Made by a program: the position numbers and the translations under genes. Positions 52,617 to 63,089 of a DNA stretch of 64,000 nt are shown in pieces. Position 1 is the stretch's first letter. Every line of letters starts with the position of its first letter. The notes beneath the pieces were generated by a model, which was not told the origin of the DNA, made no database searches, and worked only from the letters and a program-made list of their open reading frames with translations. This DNA is from Truepera sp. (GTDB lineage Bacteria; Deinococcota; Deinococci; Deinococcales; Trueperaceae): positions 1,344,001 through 1,408,000 of the forward strand of contig CBDCKW010000009.1 in the NCBI GenBank assembly GCA_965218435.1, in the 5' to 3' direction.

Positions 52617-53180
52617 TCAGCGAATTCCCGGCGGTACCTGGGTCGGCGGCGGCTCCGGTAGGTTGCGCGGTTCAGGGACGCCCTCGAGCCGCTTCACTAC
52701 CCCATTTTCGTTACACCCGACAAAAAACGGGCAGCGCAGACACTCTGACCAGACGCGCGGGTGCAGCTCTTTGGTCTTGTCAAGCAGCCGAAAGCCGCAC
52801 CGCTCAAAAAAGCCGACCGAGTACGTCCAGGCGAACAGCGTCGGCACCCCGATACGCCGCGCCTCGAGTTCACACGCCGCGACCAGCTCACGTCCGACGC
52901 CCTTTGACTGCACCCCCGGCCGCACCGCTAGCCCACGCACCTCGGCAATGTCACCCCAGAGGATATGCAGCGCCCCGCACCCGGCAAAGTGTCCATTTAC
53001 TTCGGCGACAAAAAAGTCGCGCAGGTTTTCAAAGATGTTCTGCATGGGCCGCACCAACATCTTGCCCTGACCCGCCCAGTAGCCGATGGTTTCAAAGATG
53101 TCTACGACATCTTCGGCTTTGGCAGGCCGTACCGTAACTAAACCGAATTTTGCTCTCGGTGCGGTTTCAGTCGTCTCCAC
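52617..53180 (-). CDS. argA: Short amino-acid N-acetyltransferase (ArgA-like GNAT)
   Basis: AEVRGLAV and VWSECLRCP motifs; directly after argH. Confidence 0.75.
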   Translation of the reverse strand: METTETAPRAKFGLVTVRPAKAEDVVDIFETIGYWAGQGKMLVRPMQNIFENLRDFFVAEVNGHFAGCGALHILWGDIAEVRGLAVRPGVQSKGVGRELVAACELEARRIGVPTLFAWTYSVGFFERCGFRLLDKTKELHPRVWSECLRCPFFVGCNENGVVKRLEGVPEPRNLPEPPPTQVPPGIR

Positions 53181-54561
53181 GTAACATCTCCTTGGCCATT
53201 TCTACTTGCATTTCGACCTGACCGAGCGCCGTGCCGCCGTAGCTCGAGCGCACGTTTACGACGGTCTCGAGCTTCAGCACCTCGTATACATCTTCGCTAA
53301 TAAGTTCCGATACCGCCTGCATCTGCCCTAAACTCAGCTCCTGCAAATCTTTACCCTCACGCACCCCGAGCGCCACCAGCTTGCCGACGACCTCGTGCGC
53401 AGCGCGGAAGGGGAGACCTTTTCGGGCAAGATAATCGGCCAAGTCCGTCGCGTTCGAGTAGGCACGTCCGGCCGCGTGATACAACCGTACCTCATTGACC
53501 TTAAGTTTCGGTAGTAGATCAGCCGTCAGCCGCAGGCAGAGCCGCAGCGTATCCGCCGTGTCAAACGCGCCCTCTTTATCTTCTTGCGTGTCTTTATTGT
53601 AGGCGAGCGGCAAACCTTTAAGCGTCGTCAAAAGCCCTAGCAAGTGCCCGTAAACGCGCCCGGTTTTGCCCCTTGTGAGTTCAGACACGTCCGGGTTTTT
53701 CTTTTGCGGCATGATGCTTGAACCTGTCGTATGCGAATCGGGCAGGGTGACAAAGCCGAACTCTTGCGACGACCATAAGATGAGTTCTTCGGAGAGTCTC
53801 GAGAGGTGCATCATCACGAGGCTGGCCGCACTCAAAAACTCGACGACAAAATCGCGGTCGGACACCGCGTCGAGCGAATTGCGGGCGGGCCGGTCAAAGC
53901 CGAGCAGTTCGGCGGTGCGGGTGCGGTCAATCGGAAAACCCGTCCCGGCAAGCGCCCCGGCCCCGAGCGGTGAGACGTTCAGGCGTTTAAGAGAGTCTTG
54001 CAGCCGCTCCGCGTCACGTGAAAACATCTCGAAGTAGGCCAACAGATGATGCGATAAGAGCACGGGTTGGGCAACCTGCAGATGTGTGTACCCCGGCATA
54101 ATAACGCCCAAATGTCTGTCGGCAGCCTCTACGAATGCCATACGAAGGTCGTGCAAAAGTGCAATCAGCGCGTGCGTCTCGTCCCGGAGCCAGAGCCGAA
54201 AGTCGGTCGCTACCTGGTCGTTGCGGCTGCGGGCGGTGTGCAGTTTGCCGCCGACCGGCCCGACGCGCTGTGTCAGGGCGGCCTCGAGGTTCATATGTAC
54301 ATCTTCTAATTCAGTGCGCCAGCTAAACGTCCCGGCTTCAACTTCTTTTCGTAAGTCCTCGAGCCCTTGAACAAGCTGCGCGGCCTCATCCTCGCTCAAA
54401 ATACCGGTTTCACCGAGCATCGTCGCGTGCGCGATCGAGCCCTGGATATCTTGCAGGGCCAGCCGCCGGTCAAAGTTGATCGAGGCGTTGAACTGTTCGA
54501 CCAGTGCGTCGGTGCTCTCAGCAAAGCGTCCGCCCCACATGCGTTTGGTTGGTTTAGTCAT
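53167..54561 (-). CDS. argH: Argininosuccinate lyase
   Basis: WGGRF, RSRNDQ, GYTHLQ and GSSIMPQKKNPD motifs. Confidence 0.97.
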   Translation of the reverse strand: MTKPTKRMWGGRFAESTDALVEQFNASINFDRRLALQDIQGSIAHATMLGETGILSEDEAAQLVQGLEDLRKEVEAGTFSWRTELEDVHMNLEAALTQRVGPVGGKLHTARSRNDQVATDFRLWLRDETHALIALLHDLRMAFVEAADRHLGVIMPGYTHLQVAQPVLLSHHLLAYFEMFSRDAERLQDSLKRLNVSPLGAGALAGTGFPIDRTRTAELLGFDRPARNSLDAVSDRDFVVEFLSAASLVMMHLSRLSEELILWSSQEFGFVTLPDSHTTGSSIMPQKKNPDVSELTRGKTGRVYGHLLGLLTTLKGLPLAYNKDTQEDKEGAFDTADTLRLCLRLTADLLPKLKVNEVRLYHAAGRAYSNATDLADYLARKGLPFRAAHEVVGKLVALGVREGKDLQELSLGQMQAVSELISEDVYEVLKLETVVNVRSSYGGTALGQVEMQVEMAKEMLRGDD

Positions 54562-54569
54562 CTGGTCAT

Positions 54570-55106
54570 CTATTTTTTCGCGAGTTCGTCAATGGTTCCC
54601 AAGATAGTGTCACCCTCAGGGTAAAGGCAGTCTTCCCACGAAGCTACAGCGCCTGAAATGATAACGGCACCATACGCCCTCGGCTCTTCTGGATAAACTC
54701 TATAGCCAGCTGAGCCGTATATTGTGCTGCCGCAGATTGTGTAGGTCACACCTGGGTTATTCGTCAGCTTGATCAAATAATCTCCAAAAACACCTCTTAC
54801 CTGCGGTTTGAGATAAGCCAGGTCGCCATATTTACTCTCTTCATAACCCGTCATCGCGTAGACCTCGCCGTCCAAGCTGACGGTTCCTTCAAAATCGTAA
54901 CGGGTTGAGGTCGTGCTAACCAGACGGCTTTCGGTAGTGATAGGTGGCATCGGCGGATTGACATCGTTGATGTAATCTTCAGGATTTCCAGGATAATACG
55001 TCCCTACAAACGTGCCAATCAGATAAGGCTGAGTATCTATAACTTGGTCGCAGCCCGCTAAACTTGTTACGAACAGAAGAACTAAAAGAGCTTTCAAAAA
55101 GTTCAT
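54570..55106 (-). CDS. Hypothetical lipoprotein
   Basis: MNFLK...SLAGC lipobox; AT-richer; ATGA overlap with the upstream RHH gene. Confidence 0.7.
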   Translation of the reverse strand: MNFLKALLVLLFVTSLAGCDQVIDTQPYLIGTFVGTYYPGNPEDYINDVNPPMPPITTESRLVSTTSTRYDFEGTVSLDGEVYAMTGYEESKYGDLAYLKPQVRGVFGDYLIKLTNNPGVTYTICGSTIYGSAGYRVYPEEPRAYGAVIISGAVASWEDCLYPEGDTILGTIDELAKK

Positions 55107-55324
55107 TTTCTCCACTCGCCACGCAGAAGCCTCTGATATTGCACTCCGTCTATAGTTTTGCCACGCCATAAATCAAATGACTCAGATAGGTCACCTATCC
55201 GGTGAGTATTCAGATATTCGGTCACAGCCTCGCGGATAAGTGCTGTGCTCGAGACCCCTTTTTGCTCACCGAGTTTAGTTAGGGTCTCGAGCTGCTCGTC
55301 AGTCAAATCTACGGCGATTTGCAT
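55103..55324 (-). CDS. Ribbon-helix-helix (CopG/VapB-like) protein
   Basis: MQIAVDL.DEQ...GVS..ALIREAV..YL...DG.QYQR.LR.EW pattern. Confidence 0.75.
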   Translation of the reverse strand: MQIAVDLTDEQLETLTKLGEQKGVSSTALIREAVTEYLNTHRIGDLSESFDLWRGKTIDGVQYQRLLRGEWRK

Positions 55325-55337
55325 ACAAATGAGCGTA

Positions 55338-55808
55338 TCATCCCTGCCGCTGCCACACCCCACCGACCCGTTTGGAAAGCTCGAACGGCCTCTCAGCGTC
55401 CTTGGGCCGGTAGCCCATCCGGGTGTAGTAAGGGAGCAAGTCGGTTTGGGTTTCGCTTAGCCTCAGGCGCAACTCGGGGATATTGTGCTGAATGGCGAGG
55501 GCTTCTAAACGTGTCGTCAGCCAGCGCCCGAACCCCTGTCCCCGGTATTCGGGCAGCGTCGCCAACCGCCCGACCTCCCAGCCGTAAGGGGCTTCGTGCC
55601 AACGTAGGGCGCTGATAAAGATTCCCTCACAGACGAAGGTCAGTGCGCCGCCTTCCTCTAACCACGCTGCTATTCGTGCTTCATTTTCAGCAGGGTCATC
55701 CCAGGCTTTTTGGTAAAGCACGGCGAGTGCGTCAGCGTCGGCGTAGGTGGCCCGTTTGAGGTGCGCGGCTTGGGGCTGAGGTTCGGTTGCCACAGGTTGC
55801 GTAATCAT
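55338..55808 (-). CDS. GNAT family N-acetyltransferase
   Basis: PEYRGQGFG and YYTRMGY motifs; ATGA overlap with argG. Confidence 0.85.
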   Translation of the reverse strand: MITQPVATEPQPQAAHLKRATYADADALAVLYQKAWDDPAENEARIAAWLEEGGALTFVCEGIFISALRWHEAPYGWEVGRLATLPEYRGQGFGRWLTTRLEALAIQHNIPELRLRLSETQTDLLPYYTRMGYRPKDAERPFELSKRVGGVWQRQG

Positions 55809-57091
55809 TCGCTGTACTGGGAAATCTTGAGCGGCGGCGTTTTGGTTTCGGCCCCTTGCTGCGCCGCAATTCGCAGCCGGAGCGCGTTCAGTTTGATAAA
55901 CCCGTCGGCGTCGGCTTGGTTGTACACCGTGTCTTCTTCAAAAGTTACGACGTCTTGGCGGTAAAACGAATTGGGCGATTTGCGCCCCGTTAGGGTAACG
56001 CTGCCTTTGTAAAGCTCGAGCCTCGCTGTGCCCGTCACCGGTTTTTGAATGTCGTCCATGAGGTTTTGCAAGGCGACGCGTTCGGGCGCGAACCAGAAAC
56101 CGTTATAGACGATTGAGGCGTATTTGGGCATCAGTTCGTCGCGGAGCTGCATCACTTGTCGGTCTAGTGTCAACGATTCGACCGCTTTGTGCGCGTGAAA
56201 AAGGAGCGTGCCGCCAGGGGTTTCGTAACAGCCTCGAGATTTCATCCCCACAAAGCGGTTCTCGACAATATCCACGCGGCCGATTCCATGTTTGCCGCCT
56301 AAGGCGTTGGCCTTCTCCAAAAGTTCAACCGGCCCTAATGTTTCGCCGTTAATCGCTACCGGATTGCCCGCTTCAAACTCGAGTTCTATGGTCTCAGGCG
56401 TGTTCGGCGCGTCTTGCGGGTCGGTCGTAAGCCGCCACATATCTTTGGGCGGCGCAGCCCACGGGTCCTCTAACACGCCGCCCTCGTACGAGATGTGGTA
56501 CAAATTCGCGTCCATCGAATAGGGCTTTTCTTTCGTAACGCCGACCGGGATGCCGTGCTCGCGAGCGTAGCGCACGCAGTCTTCGCGGCCCCGCAGCGTC
56601 CACTCGCGCCACGGTGCAATCACCTTGATGTCGGGTTTGAGTGCGTAGGCGGAGAGTTCAAACCGTACCTGGTCGTTGCCCTTACCCGTAGCGCCGTGCG
56701 CTACGGCGTCGGCTCCCTCACTTTCGGCAATTTCGACCATCTTTTGCGCGATCAAAGGGCGGGCAAACGAGGTACCGAGCAGATAGTACCCTTCGTAAAG
56801 TGCTCCCGAGCGCAAGACCGGGAAGACGAAATCCTGGACAAACTCACGTTGTAAGTCTTCGGCGTAGGCGCTCACTGCGCCCGTCTGCAAGGCTTTTTCT
56901 TTGGCCTCGGCGACCTCTTCACCCTGGCCGATGTCGGCGGTAAAAGCGACGACTTCAGCGCCGTAGGTATCTTTTAGCCACCGCAAAATAACTGAGGTAT
57001 CGAGGCCACCGGAATACGCGAGGACAACCTTTTTGATCGTGCCTTGGGTTGAGCGGGGATTAGCTTGTGATGAGCTGGGTTGGGCTGACAT
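55805..57091 (-). CDS. argG: Argininosuccinate synthase
   Basis: [22 protein letters not shown] and GMKSRG.YETP motifs. Confidence 0.97.
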   Translation of the reverse strand: MSAQPSSSQANPRSTQGTIKKVVLAYSGGLDTSVILRWLKDTYGAEVVAFTADIGQGEEVAEAKEKALQTGAVSAYAEDLQREFVQDFVFPVLRSGALYEGYYLLGTSFARPLIAQKMVEIAESEGADAVAHGATGKGNDQVRFELSAYALKPDIKVIAPWREWTLRGREDCVRYAREHGIPVGVTKEKPYSMDANLYHISYEGGVLEDPWAAPPKDMWRLTTDPQDAPNTPETIELEFEAGNPVAINGETLGPVELLEKANALGGKHGIGRVDIVENRFVGMKSRGCYETPGGTLLFHAHKAVESLTLDRQVMQLRDELMPKYASIVYNGFWFAPERVALQNLMDDIQKPVTGTARLELYKGSVTLTGRKSPNSFYRQDVVTFEEDTVYNQADADGFIKLNALRLRIAAQQGAETKTPPLKISQYSE

Positions 57092-57146
57092 TCGGTTCTC
57101 CTAAGTTGTGGTGATTAACGTTGTGGTAATTAGCGGCGAAGCGAGA

Positions 57147-57180
57147 CAAGAAAAAACCTCACCCGAGTTGGGCGTAAGGC
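57147..57180 (-). terminator. Intrinsic terminator in the argG 5' leader (attenuator)
   Basis: GCCTTACGCCC-aactc-GGGTGAGG followed by TTTTTTCTTG, between the promoter and the argG RBS. Confidence 0.65.
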
Positions 57181-57205
57181 GGTTGCGCTCGCTTGATAGC
57201 GGGCG

Positions 57206-57241
57206 TTAACGTCGGACGCGGCGGGTAAGGTGTGCACTCAT
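57206..57241 (-). CDS. Putative arginine leader peptide MSAHLTRRVRR
   Basis: ATG AGT GCA CAC CTT ACC CGC CGC GTC CGA CGT TAA; 4 Arg in the last 5 sense codons. Confidence 0.65.
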   Translation of the reverse strand: MSAHLTRRVRR

Positions 57242-57263
57242 AATTTTGACCGCAGGTTTAGCT

Positions 57264-57327
57264 TAGATAAATATGCAAACCGTGCGATAACCTTGCAAAC
57301 TCTAGCATGTCCTTTTGAGAGGGTCAA
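57264..57327 (-). promoter_or_regulatory. argG promoter with tandem ARG boxes
   Basis: TTGACC, 17 nt spacer, (TGc)TAGAGT; boxes TAGATAAATATGCA (57264-57277) and GCGATAACCTTGCA (57284-57297) over the start site. Confidence 0.7.
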
Positions 57328-57377
57328 GCATAGGCGTTTCGTATCGGGGTAAAGGTTAGCTGGGGAGGCGGTCAAAC

Positions 57378-58445
57378 GTGACCGGGCGCGTTTTGCAACT
57401 CCTATTTACAGGTAGCATAGCCGGGTGGGTAGGGGGTTTAGTGACCAGGCAGGATAGGCAGCGAAACGCCCAGGTAAGCCTGGGGCTTCGGATAGTTGCA
57501 GGACTTCTTTTAGGTGTAACCGTCGGGCTCCTTTTGGGGTGGTGTGCGCCGCTTCTACTCTGGCCGGTCGCGCTTGTATTCGTGGCAGTGTGGCTGGGCC
57601 GCTGGCCGCGGCCGGGGGTGTGGCTGCTGGCTGCGACGCTCGGTGTGGTAGTGGTGATTCCCTTTGCACAGATTTTCGTCCAAACGCTCGAGCCAGCTAG
57701 CAAACCGAGTGCTTTTGTGCGGGCCGTCTCGAGCACCCCCCGAGAAGCGCAAGCGTGGACTGGTGTCCAGCGTCTCACAGTTCGCAATACGGACGGCAAC
57801 ATCACGGTGACCGGCGGCCCTTGGCGGCTCCGGGCGCGCTACCGTTGGGGCGCACAGGCAAGCGGCGTCCCGGACGCTTTACTTACGGCGCAGCGCGGTC
57901 AAACGCTCGCCTTTACCGGGCTCGAGCCCGCGTGGGATCAAACACCGCTACGGGCGGCTGAGGCTCAGCTCCGGGCTAGGGTACCGCGCCGGGTCGCGCT
58001 GTCGGTAGACGCCCGGAGCGGCGACGTGACGGCCCGCAACCTCGCTTCAGCGCGGGTTGATACCAACTTGGGTGATGTGACGCTCGTAGGTATTGCGGGT
58101 GCGGCGGTCGCCCTGACGGACGTCGGCAACGTGTTCGTCTCGGACGCAGGCGGGGGCGTCGAAGCCAAAACGCTGATGGGCGACATCTGGCTCGAGCCCC
58201 GCCCTAGTCAACCCGGTGAAGGCGTTGCAGCCCCGATCTTAGCTCAAGCGGACGTCGGCGATATTGCGCTCCTCTTACCGTCCGGTACGGACGCCCGCAT
58301 TATGGCGACGTCGGTCTCGAGGCAACTGCCGGAAAACTTTAAGCGGTTGTCACCCACCAAAGGCGAGCTGGTGCTGGGGCAGGGCTCGAGGCTCATCGTC
58401 TTAAAGACTCGAGTCGGCGCAATCCGCGTCGTGCAGCGCCGGTAA
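57378..58445 (+). CDS. Membrane protein with DUF4097-like beta-strand repeats
   Basis: N-terminal transmembrane helices, repeated T..GD(V/I) units; GGGAGG RBS. Confidence 0.7.
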   Translation: MTGRVLQLLFTGSIAGWVGGLVTRQDRQRNAQVSLGLRIVAGLLLGVTVGLLLGWCAPLLLWPVALVFVAVWLGRWPRPGVWLLAATLGVVVVIPFAQIFVQTLEPASKPSAFVRAVSSTPREAQAWTGVQRLTVRNTDGNITVTGGPWRLRARYRWGAQASGVPDALLTAQRGQTLAFTGLEPAWDQTPLRAAEAQLRARVPRRVALSVDARSGDVTARNLASARVDTNLGDVTLVGIAGAAVALTDVGNVFVSDAGGGVEAKTLMGDIWLEPRPSQPGEGVAAPILAQADVGDIALLLPSGTDARIMATSVSRQLPENFKRLSPTKGELVLGQGSRLIVLKTRVGAIRVVQRR

Positions 58446-58676
58446 AAAGTAAGAACTTACACAGCTTGTTCTCGCTAGACGAGTTTGGGGAATAAAGAAT
58501 ACAGGAGGGAGAATAGAACAAGCATTATGTGCTCTGCGTTCTCTATTCCCAAGCTTTTCGGCAGATTTTGTGTACCTTTGACCGCTTGTAGGTAAGCTGA
58601 GTCAAGAATTAAAAAGTAAGAACGTCTTTCTGGCATTTGCCGCACGAAGTTCAAACGCGCCCGACCCAAAAACCGG

Positions 58677-59558
58677 CTAATCTGTACTGGCTTCAGCCTC
58701 GGCCAAGGCGGGCGTACGTGTCGGCAAGCTCGCGGTCAGGGCTGCGCCTAAAATCAGCGCCCCGCCCAGCAGTCCCCAGAGCCCTAGACGCTCACCAAAA
58801 AGTGACGCGCCTAAGAGCGCCGCCACTACCGGCTCGATACTCGCCACGAGCACGGCCCGCGACGCTTCGACCTGTTTGAGACCGGCGTAGTAGAGGCTGT
58901 AGGCGGCGTAAGTGGACAACACGGCGAGCAGCACGAGGAGTCCCCATACCGCCGGAGACTTGGGCGCAAAGTTTACAAACGGCAAGAGTCCGAGCGCCCC
59001 CAAAGGCATCACGAACGCGTTGATAGTGACGGGGCTGTAACGCGACAACGCCCATTTGCCGAAGATGTAGTAGCTGCTGTAACTCAGCGCCGCCGCGAGC
59101 CCCCACAAAAGCGCGGGCGCTGAAACCGTCACGCCTGCGCCGCCACCCTGGGAGACGAGCACCACGCCCGTCAGCGTCAGGGTGAGGAGCCCGAGTTTGC
59201 GGAGCGTCAGCGCCTCGCGCAGAAAAAACCAGGCGGCGACCGCCACGAACGCCGGGGCGCTGTAGAGCAAAATAGACGCTAAACTGACCCCGCCGTACTG
59301 CACGGCGAGGGTATATGAGGCGTAAAAAAGCGTGATGCCGACGAGTGAAAAGGCGGCGAAAGCGAGTAGGTCACGTGGTTGGGTCACGCCGAGTTGCCGA
59401 GTCAAACCTGCCTGAGCAACGAACAGACCACCAGCTAGCAGCGCCCGCCAAAAGGCCAGCTCGAGCGGCCCTACCCCTGCGCCCAAAATACCTTTGGAGA
59501 AAACCCCGATCAGTCCCCAGAGCACGGCGGCAAAAAAGATGAGCAGGTAGCCTTTCAC
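58677..59558 (-). CDS. DMT/EamA family transporter
   Basis: About ten hydrophobic segments, LWG...K, ASIEPV and GERL motifs. Confidence 0.88.
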   Translation of the reverse strand: MKGYLLIFFAAVLWGLIGVFSKGILGAGVGPLELAFWRALLAGGLFVAQAGLTRQLGVTQPRDLLAFAAFSLVGITLFYASYTLAVQYGGVSLASILLYSAPAFVAVAAWFFLREALTLRKLGLLTLTLTGVVLVSQGGGAGVTVSAPALLWGLAAALSYSSYYIFGKWALSRYSPVTINAFVMPLGALGLLPFVNFAPKSPAVWGLLVLLAVLSTYAAYSLYYAGLKQVEASRAVLVASIEPVVAALLGASLFGERLGLWGLLGGALILGAALTASLPTRTPALAEAEASTD

Positions 59559-60314
59559 CTACTCAGCGTACCGTTAGCAGGTAGCATCCGTATATTAACC
59601 TCGAGTGCTAGTTGGTTATGAGATATCTAGAAGACTCAAAAAGTTCACCGATTGCGTCATAGACGTTGTTTCCAGCTCACTCAGAAGGGTTAAGAAAATA
59701 ACCACGAGCGGCAAGCAGCCTTGAAGATTCACCGAAAGTATTTGTTCGGGTAGGCCAGCGGTCATGGTTGAAATACCATTTTGTGTCACAGACGCACTTC
59801 CTCGGTTGCAACGGGTCGTTTGTCTACCAGCACTCGAGGTTATTAAGAGAAGCGAGGTGTTGGCCAGGTAGCATCAGCTTTACCAGCCAAGACCAGAACT
59901 GCAGACCTCGCTTTTTAGGCTACGCTGCCGTTGCCCGATACCGAGCCGCTTTACGCTTGATAGCCGGATATGCACCGCTAGGTTAGAGCAAAACTCTCTA
60001 GGTTCTTAGCCTTGACCTGTGCGTGCATTAACCCGGAGGTTGTATGGTCATGAAGAGTCCTCAGCAGGGCGTCCCTAGCGGGGTACTTCGTGCAGTTACG
60101 CCGTTATAGACACTCGTTGCGTCGCTTAGAAGATGACACCTCTTGCTGAAGCCTCCTCTAGTCGTCAACCCGTATCCAGCAAGCCACATGGCGGTTGAGT
60201 AGAGGCAAGAAAGAGCCTCTGACAGTAAATAAGAAGTCCAACACTCTGAAATAAGCTTAGTGCAATCTCTCTTGGAAATGCTACCAGTAGCTGCGCGGCT
60301 CCTATACTTGAGCT

Positions 60315-61823
60315 ATGCCTGAAGATACAACGACCAAGCTCGAGCGCCCCGGCGCTTACCCCTACACGCGCGGCATCTATCCGCAGATGTACTCGGCGGG
60401 CCGCCTCTGGACGATGCGCCAGTATGCCGGTTTCGGCACCGCCGAAGAGTCGAACGCCCGTTACCGTTACCTACTCGAGCAAGGTACGACCGGTTTGTCC
60501 GTCGCTTTTGACCTGCCGACGCAGCTCGGCCTCGACCCGGACGACCTGCTAGCACACGGCGAAGTCGGAAAAGTCGGGGTGTCGATCGCTACGTTGGACG
60601 ATATGCGGCGGCTTTTTAAGGACATTCCGCTAGGGGAGGTCACCACCTCGATGACCATCAACGCGCCCGCGATGATGCTCTTGGCGCTCTATATTTTAGT
60701 CGCTGAAGAGCAGGGCGTCAGCAGCGATAAGCTCGGCGGCACGGTTCAAAACGACATCTTAAAGGAGTACATCGCGCGCGGCACCTATATCTATCCGCCC
60801 GAGCCCTCGGTGCGGCTCGTCACCGATATGTTCGCCTACTGCGCCGAACACGTCCCCAACTGGAATACGATTTCGATTTCGGGCTACCACATCCGTGAGG
60901 CAGGCGCGACAGCGGCGCAAGAAATTGCGTTTACGCTCTCAAATGCTCGAGCTTACGTGCGGGCGGCGCTGGCGAAGGGGCTCGAGGTTGACGCTTTTGC
61001 GCCTCGGTTGTCGTTCTTTTTCGCGTGCCACAACGACATTTTAGAAGAAGTTGCCAAGTTTCGGGCAGCGCGGCGGCTCTGGGCGCAGATCATGCGTGAC
61101 GAGTTCGGCGGGAACGCCCGGTCACAGCAGCTTAGGTTTCACACCCAGACGGGCGGCAGCACCCTGACCGCGCAGCAACCGGAAAATAATATCGTGCGGA
61201 CGGCGTATCAGGCGCTGGCAGCGGTTTTGGGCGGCACGCAGTCGCTCCATACGAACGGGATGGACGAGGCGTTGGGGCTTCCAACTGACCGTTCGGCGCG
61301 GATTGCCCTTAGAACGCAGCAGATTTTGGCGTATGAGTCGGGCGTGACACGGGAACCTGATCCGCTCGGCGGCAGTTACGTGATCGAAGACCTGACGGAC
61401 AAGTTAGAACAAGATGCCCTCACGTTGATGCAGCAAGTAGAAGATTTAGGTGGGTCGGTGCGGGCGCTCGAGTCCGGGTTCATTCAAGAAGAGATCGAAG
61501 AGGCAGCGTTTAGGTTCCAGCGTGAGGTTGAAACGGGGGCGCGTGTGGTCGTCGGCGTCAACCGCTTTCGGCTGGATAGAGAAGCGGGCGTGCCGGTGCA
61601 AGAACTCTCGGCAGAGACCGAAGGGGTTAGGGTCCAGGAGGTTCAAAGTTACCGTGAAAACCGCAACCGAGCCGCCACTGACGAGGCTCTGGCTGCTCTA
61701 GCAGCAGCGTCGCAAACATCTGAAAATCTCTTTCCGGTTGTTTTAGCAGCGTTTCGTGCCGGGGCAACGCTCGGGGAAGTGTGCGGGGTATTGCGCCGCG
61801 AATGGGGCGAGTATCGGGGTTAG
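60315..61823 (+). CDS. Methylmalonyl-CoA mutase, substrate-binding large subunit
   Basis: PYTRG, MRQYAGF (Tyr type), [12 protein letters not shown] and GGTQSLHTN motifs; no B12-binding domain. Confidence 0.93.
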   Translation: MPEDTTTKLERPGAYPYTRGIYPQMYSAGRLWTMRQYAGFGTAEESNARYRYLLEQGTTGLSVAFDLPTQLGLDPDDLLAHGEVGKVGVSIATLDDMRRLFKDIPLGEVTTSMTINAPAMMLLALYILVAEEQGVSSDKLGGTVQNDILKEYIARGTYIYPPEPSVRLVTDMFAYCAEHVPNWNTISISGYHIREAGATAAQEIAFTLSNARAYVRAALAKGLEVDAFAPRLSFFFACHNDILEEVAKFRAARRLWAQIMRDEFGGNARSQQLRFHTQTGGSTLTAQQPENNIVRTAYQALAAVLGGTQSLHTNGMDEALGLPTDRSARIALRTQQILAYESGVTREPDPLGGSYVIEDLTDKLEQDALTLMQQVEDLGGSVRALESGFIQEEIEEAAFRFQREVETGARVVVGVNRFRLDREAGVPVQELSAETEGVRVQEVQSYRENRNRAATDEALAALAAASQTSENLFPVVLAAFRAGATLGEVCGVLRREWGEYRG

Positions 61824-61946
61824 GCTGCCGGTCGTTGCTCACGTCTTTTTGGTGTTTGTTGTGAACTTATGACACAAAGCTTGACCTGTACCTTGTGAGC
61901 GGCATTCCAAGACTTTTCTGTAAGTACCAAGACGTTAAAATATCTG

Positions 61947-63089
61947 ATGGGTGGAAAAAATCAGCATTACGTGCCTCAGTTTTATCTTAGGCAGTTCAAG
62001 ACTCCTGAATCCCGTGAGGGTAAAGAACGTGTACACACATATTTCAAGGGAAAAGACCGATACATAGGCGATAAAATGGTCGAGGACATCGCGTCGGAGG
62101 ACTGGTTTTACCGAATCACGGGTGAAAAACCTCAGATTATTGACGATAGCTTAACGGCTCTCGAGAACCGTGTCGCACCACTACTGAAGAAGCTGATAGA
62201 GGCAAAAACTACGGACGGTCTAACTTACTCTGACCTACATGACTTAGCACTCTTTCTGTCCGCTCAGCATTACCGAACCCGGAAGTTTCGGGATTTAGAA
62301 GTGGATAGTCTACGAGAGATTTTGGTTGGGGCGACCAAAGACCCGAAAGGTTTTGAAGCGTTCATCAAGGAAAATAGCAGGTATACGAGACCCTTGATAG
62401 AACAACGTTTGTCGAATATGCATATTGACATCGCAACCCGTCGCCTTGAAGTGATGAAGCTTTCTCCCGAAGAACGGGATAAACAGCTTCCCGCTTTAGA
62501 CGAAGAGCTGAGACAGTTTGAGTCTTCCTCTGCTGAGGTTAAAGCGGGGTTAGACTTACTTGAACGAGGCCAGGTTCCCGAGGGCTATTTAGAGGGGATT
62601 GAACAACGTCTGAAAGTGCCTACAGATATCCACGCACAAGCTATTTCGTCATCTATACCAAAGTTTGCCGAGAGGCTACTAGGTATGGAATGGTCAATTC
62701 AAAGATATGCTGACGATGTATACCGCTACACGTCTGATAATCCACTCGTTTTGTTTCCTTTATCAACGTCCAGTTCTAAAGATGCTGAGGCTTTCCGTTT
62801 AGTCATTGCGGCTGTTCTCGGTGAAGTTGATTTTTACCTTGATGAGTTGGTAGAGACCTATCCTCCGATAGCATTTTTCCTTCCTATAACACCGCACTTA
62901 GATTTGGTTGTAGCGCCTCACAGCTTACTTGGCAAAAACGGAGGGGTTCAGAGCAAACGAAATGCTTTCAGCCTCAACACTTTTCAACTTATGCAAGCGA
63001 AACGGTTTATCTTCTCCGGCCGAAACAATTTCTCTGATATTCCCAAGATGAGGGAGGAAGAGTCAGGATGGCGGCGACTTTATCACTAA
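61947..63089 (+). CDS. DUF4238 domain protein; stop codon lies at the IS junction
   Basis: NQHYVPQFYLRQF, TSDNP and PITP motifs; AT-richer. Confidence 0.75.
   Translation: MGGKNQHYVPQFYLRQFKTPESREGKERVHTYFKGKDRYIGDKMVEDIASEDWFYRITGEKPQIIDDSLTALENRVAPLLKKLIEAKTTDGLTYSDLHDLALFLSAQHYRTRKFRDLEVDSLREILVGATKDPKGFEAFIKENSRYTRPLIEQRLSNMHIDIATRRLEVMKLSPEERDKQLPALDEELRQFESSSAEVKAGLDLLERGQVPEGYLEGIEQRLKVPTDIHAQAISSSIPKFAERLLGMEWSIQRYADDVYRYTSDNPLVLFPLSTSSSKDAEAFRLVIAAVLGEVDFYLDELVETYPPIAFFLPITPHLDLVVAPHSLLGKNGGVQSKRNAFSLNTFQLMQAKRFIFSGRNNFSDIPKMREEESGWRRLYH

Noticed and set aside
59441..59450. attR copy of the tRNA-Trp 3' end (GCGCCCGCCA)
   Set aside because: Only a short match inside an intact EamA gene; likely chance
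60150..60210. Group II intron domain V/VI
   Set aside because: AACCGCC resembles a class C DV start, but the DV stem and an RT ORF are absent
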